Source: an uncultured Anaerolineales bacterium | Lineage (GTDB): Bacteria > Chloroflexota > Anaerolineae > CG2-30-64-16 | Assembly: GCA_964647225.1 (NCBI GenBank) | Contig: CAZYHE010000002.1 | Span: 1,655-34,787 of the forward strand | Length of the DNA stretch: 33,133 bases | Direction of reading: 5' to 3' | Shown here: positions 32,365 through 33,133 of the stretch, piece after piece | Layout of the letters: each line of letters begins with the position of its first letter | Numbering within the stretch: position 1 is the first letter of the stretch | The notes under the pieces: model-generated | Seen by the model: only the letters and a program-made list of their open reading frames with translations | Told to the model about the DNA's origin: nothing | Database searches by the model: none | Translations under genes and position numbers: made by a program

Positions 32365-33133
32365 GTTTTCGATCCTCCACGAAGAAATGACTCGGTTCCA
32401 GACGGACGATGCCGGCCACGCATGAAATCCAGCACTTTTGGCATCGCCACCGTATAGGCCCAGTATGCGGCGCGATTGGTCGGGTAATCCCACGCGCCGA
32501 TCCCCGGCGTGAATTCCCCGCCAAAACCTTGCTTGAAACGGTAGACCCCCCACATCGGGTCGCTCTCCGCCAGCACGTCCGGCGCGCCCCACCAATCGTA
32601 GCGCGTACAGCCCGCGGACTTGGCCCAACGCAGGGCCGCCCATTGCAGCGCGTGGTTGGGCATCAGCTCGCGGCTCTGGTCGGTGGATGCGCCGTAGAAA
32701 TACCACGCGGTCGGTCCGAAGCGAAAGAGGAAGAGCCCGGCGACCGGCTGGCCCGCGACCTCGGCCAGGAGCAAATGACCCAGGTCATCCGCCAGAAAGC
32801 GCGCCCAGATCGCCCGATAATACGCGAACGGACGCACCAGGAATCCGTCGCGACCGCCCGTCTCGGCATACATCGCGTAGAACGCTGGCAGATCGGCCAC
32901 CGCGCCCGGCCGCACAGCCACGCCCCGCCGCTCGGCCAGGCGGATGTTGTAGCGCCACTTGGGCTTCATGCCGGCCAGCAATGCATCTTCGTCGGGGGTG
33001 AGGTCGTTGACCACGGTGTTGCGGTATTGGATCTGCTCGGCGGAGGGGCGCCAGCCGCGGTGCGCCAATATCGCGCACACCTGCCGGCCCGTATCCGTGT
33101 CGGCGCGCACATCAGGGTCTATCTTCACGAAGA
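32361..33133 (-). CDS. FemAB family (FemX-like aminoacyl-tRNA-dependent peptidyltransferase) protein, 5'-truncated by the window edge
   Basis: The frame is open to the right edge (...FVKIDPDV...). Strings: KPKWRYNIRLAERRGV, YGASTD, MPNHALQWAALRWAKSAGCTRYDWWG, GVYRFKQGFGG. Confidence 0.75.
   Translation of the reverse strand, partial: FVKIDPDVRADTDTGRQVCAILAHRGWRPSAEQIQYRNTVVNDLTPDEDALLAGMKPKWRYNIRLAERRGVAVRPGAVADLPAFYAMYAETGGRDGFLVRPFAYYRAIWARFLADDLGHLLLAEVAGQPVAGLFLFRFGPTAWYFYGASTDQSRELMPNHALQWAALRWAKSAGCTRYDWWGAPDVLAESDPMWGVYRFKQGFGGEFTPGIGAWDYPTNRAAYWAYTVAMPKVLDFMRGRHRPSGTESFLRGGSKT

Noticed and set aside
1-33133. Mobile genetic element, prophage, defence island or biosynthetic gene cluster.
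   Set aside because: No integrase, transposase, recombinase, phage structural gene, restriction/Cas/toxin-antitoxin gene or PKS/NRPS-type gene was recognised in any frame. No flanking long direct repeats or tRNA attachment sites were seen.

Overview
GC-rich bacterial chromosomal segment (third codon positions are mostly G/C) carrying about 22 tightly packed genes. No rRNA, tRNA, CRISPR array, transposase or phage genes were recognised.

Gene content, left to right:
- A tryptophanase-like lyase and an IlvD/Edd dehydratase.
- An OpgC-like membrane domain fused to an esterase.
- A decayed enolase-superfamily pseudogene.
- A DUF1638-AraC pair, divergent from an APC permease across a perfect 19-bp-arm palindrome.
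- A run of same-strand (minus) genes from 27522 down to 9274. It encodes a large polytopic membrane protein, GH38, an alpha/alpha-toroid (prenyltransferase/terpene-cyclase-like) protein, GH2, a GH32-like protein, a FucI/AraA-like isomerase, a URO-D-like protein, GH42, a second URO-D-like protein and a BNR/Asp-box sialidase-like propeller. None has a signal peptide by eye, and several junctions are overlaps (ATGA) or very short gaps.
- Right flank: a phosphodiesterase (AlkP superfamily), an AhpD/CMD-like protein, a CxPxR sulfatase, tsaD, a Zn-dependent alcohol dehydrogenase and a partial FemAB-family gene.

Two signals stand out.
1. Short DNA repeat families sit inside coding sequences. A CTGAGC-N-GTCGAAGG palindromic unit is present at 8 loci in 6 genes and is read in five different frames. 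Heptanucleotide tandem arrays are also embedded in two genes.
2. The glycoside-hydrolase cluster looks cytoplasmic and contains members that are not classical carbohydrate enzymes: two URO-D-like paralogues bracketing GH42, and a toroid-fold protein overlapping GH2.

The repeat types recall filamentous Chloroflexota, but taxonomy cannot be verified from this window. All family calls come from by-eye motif recognition, not searches.
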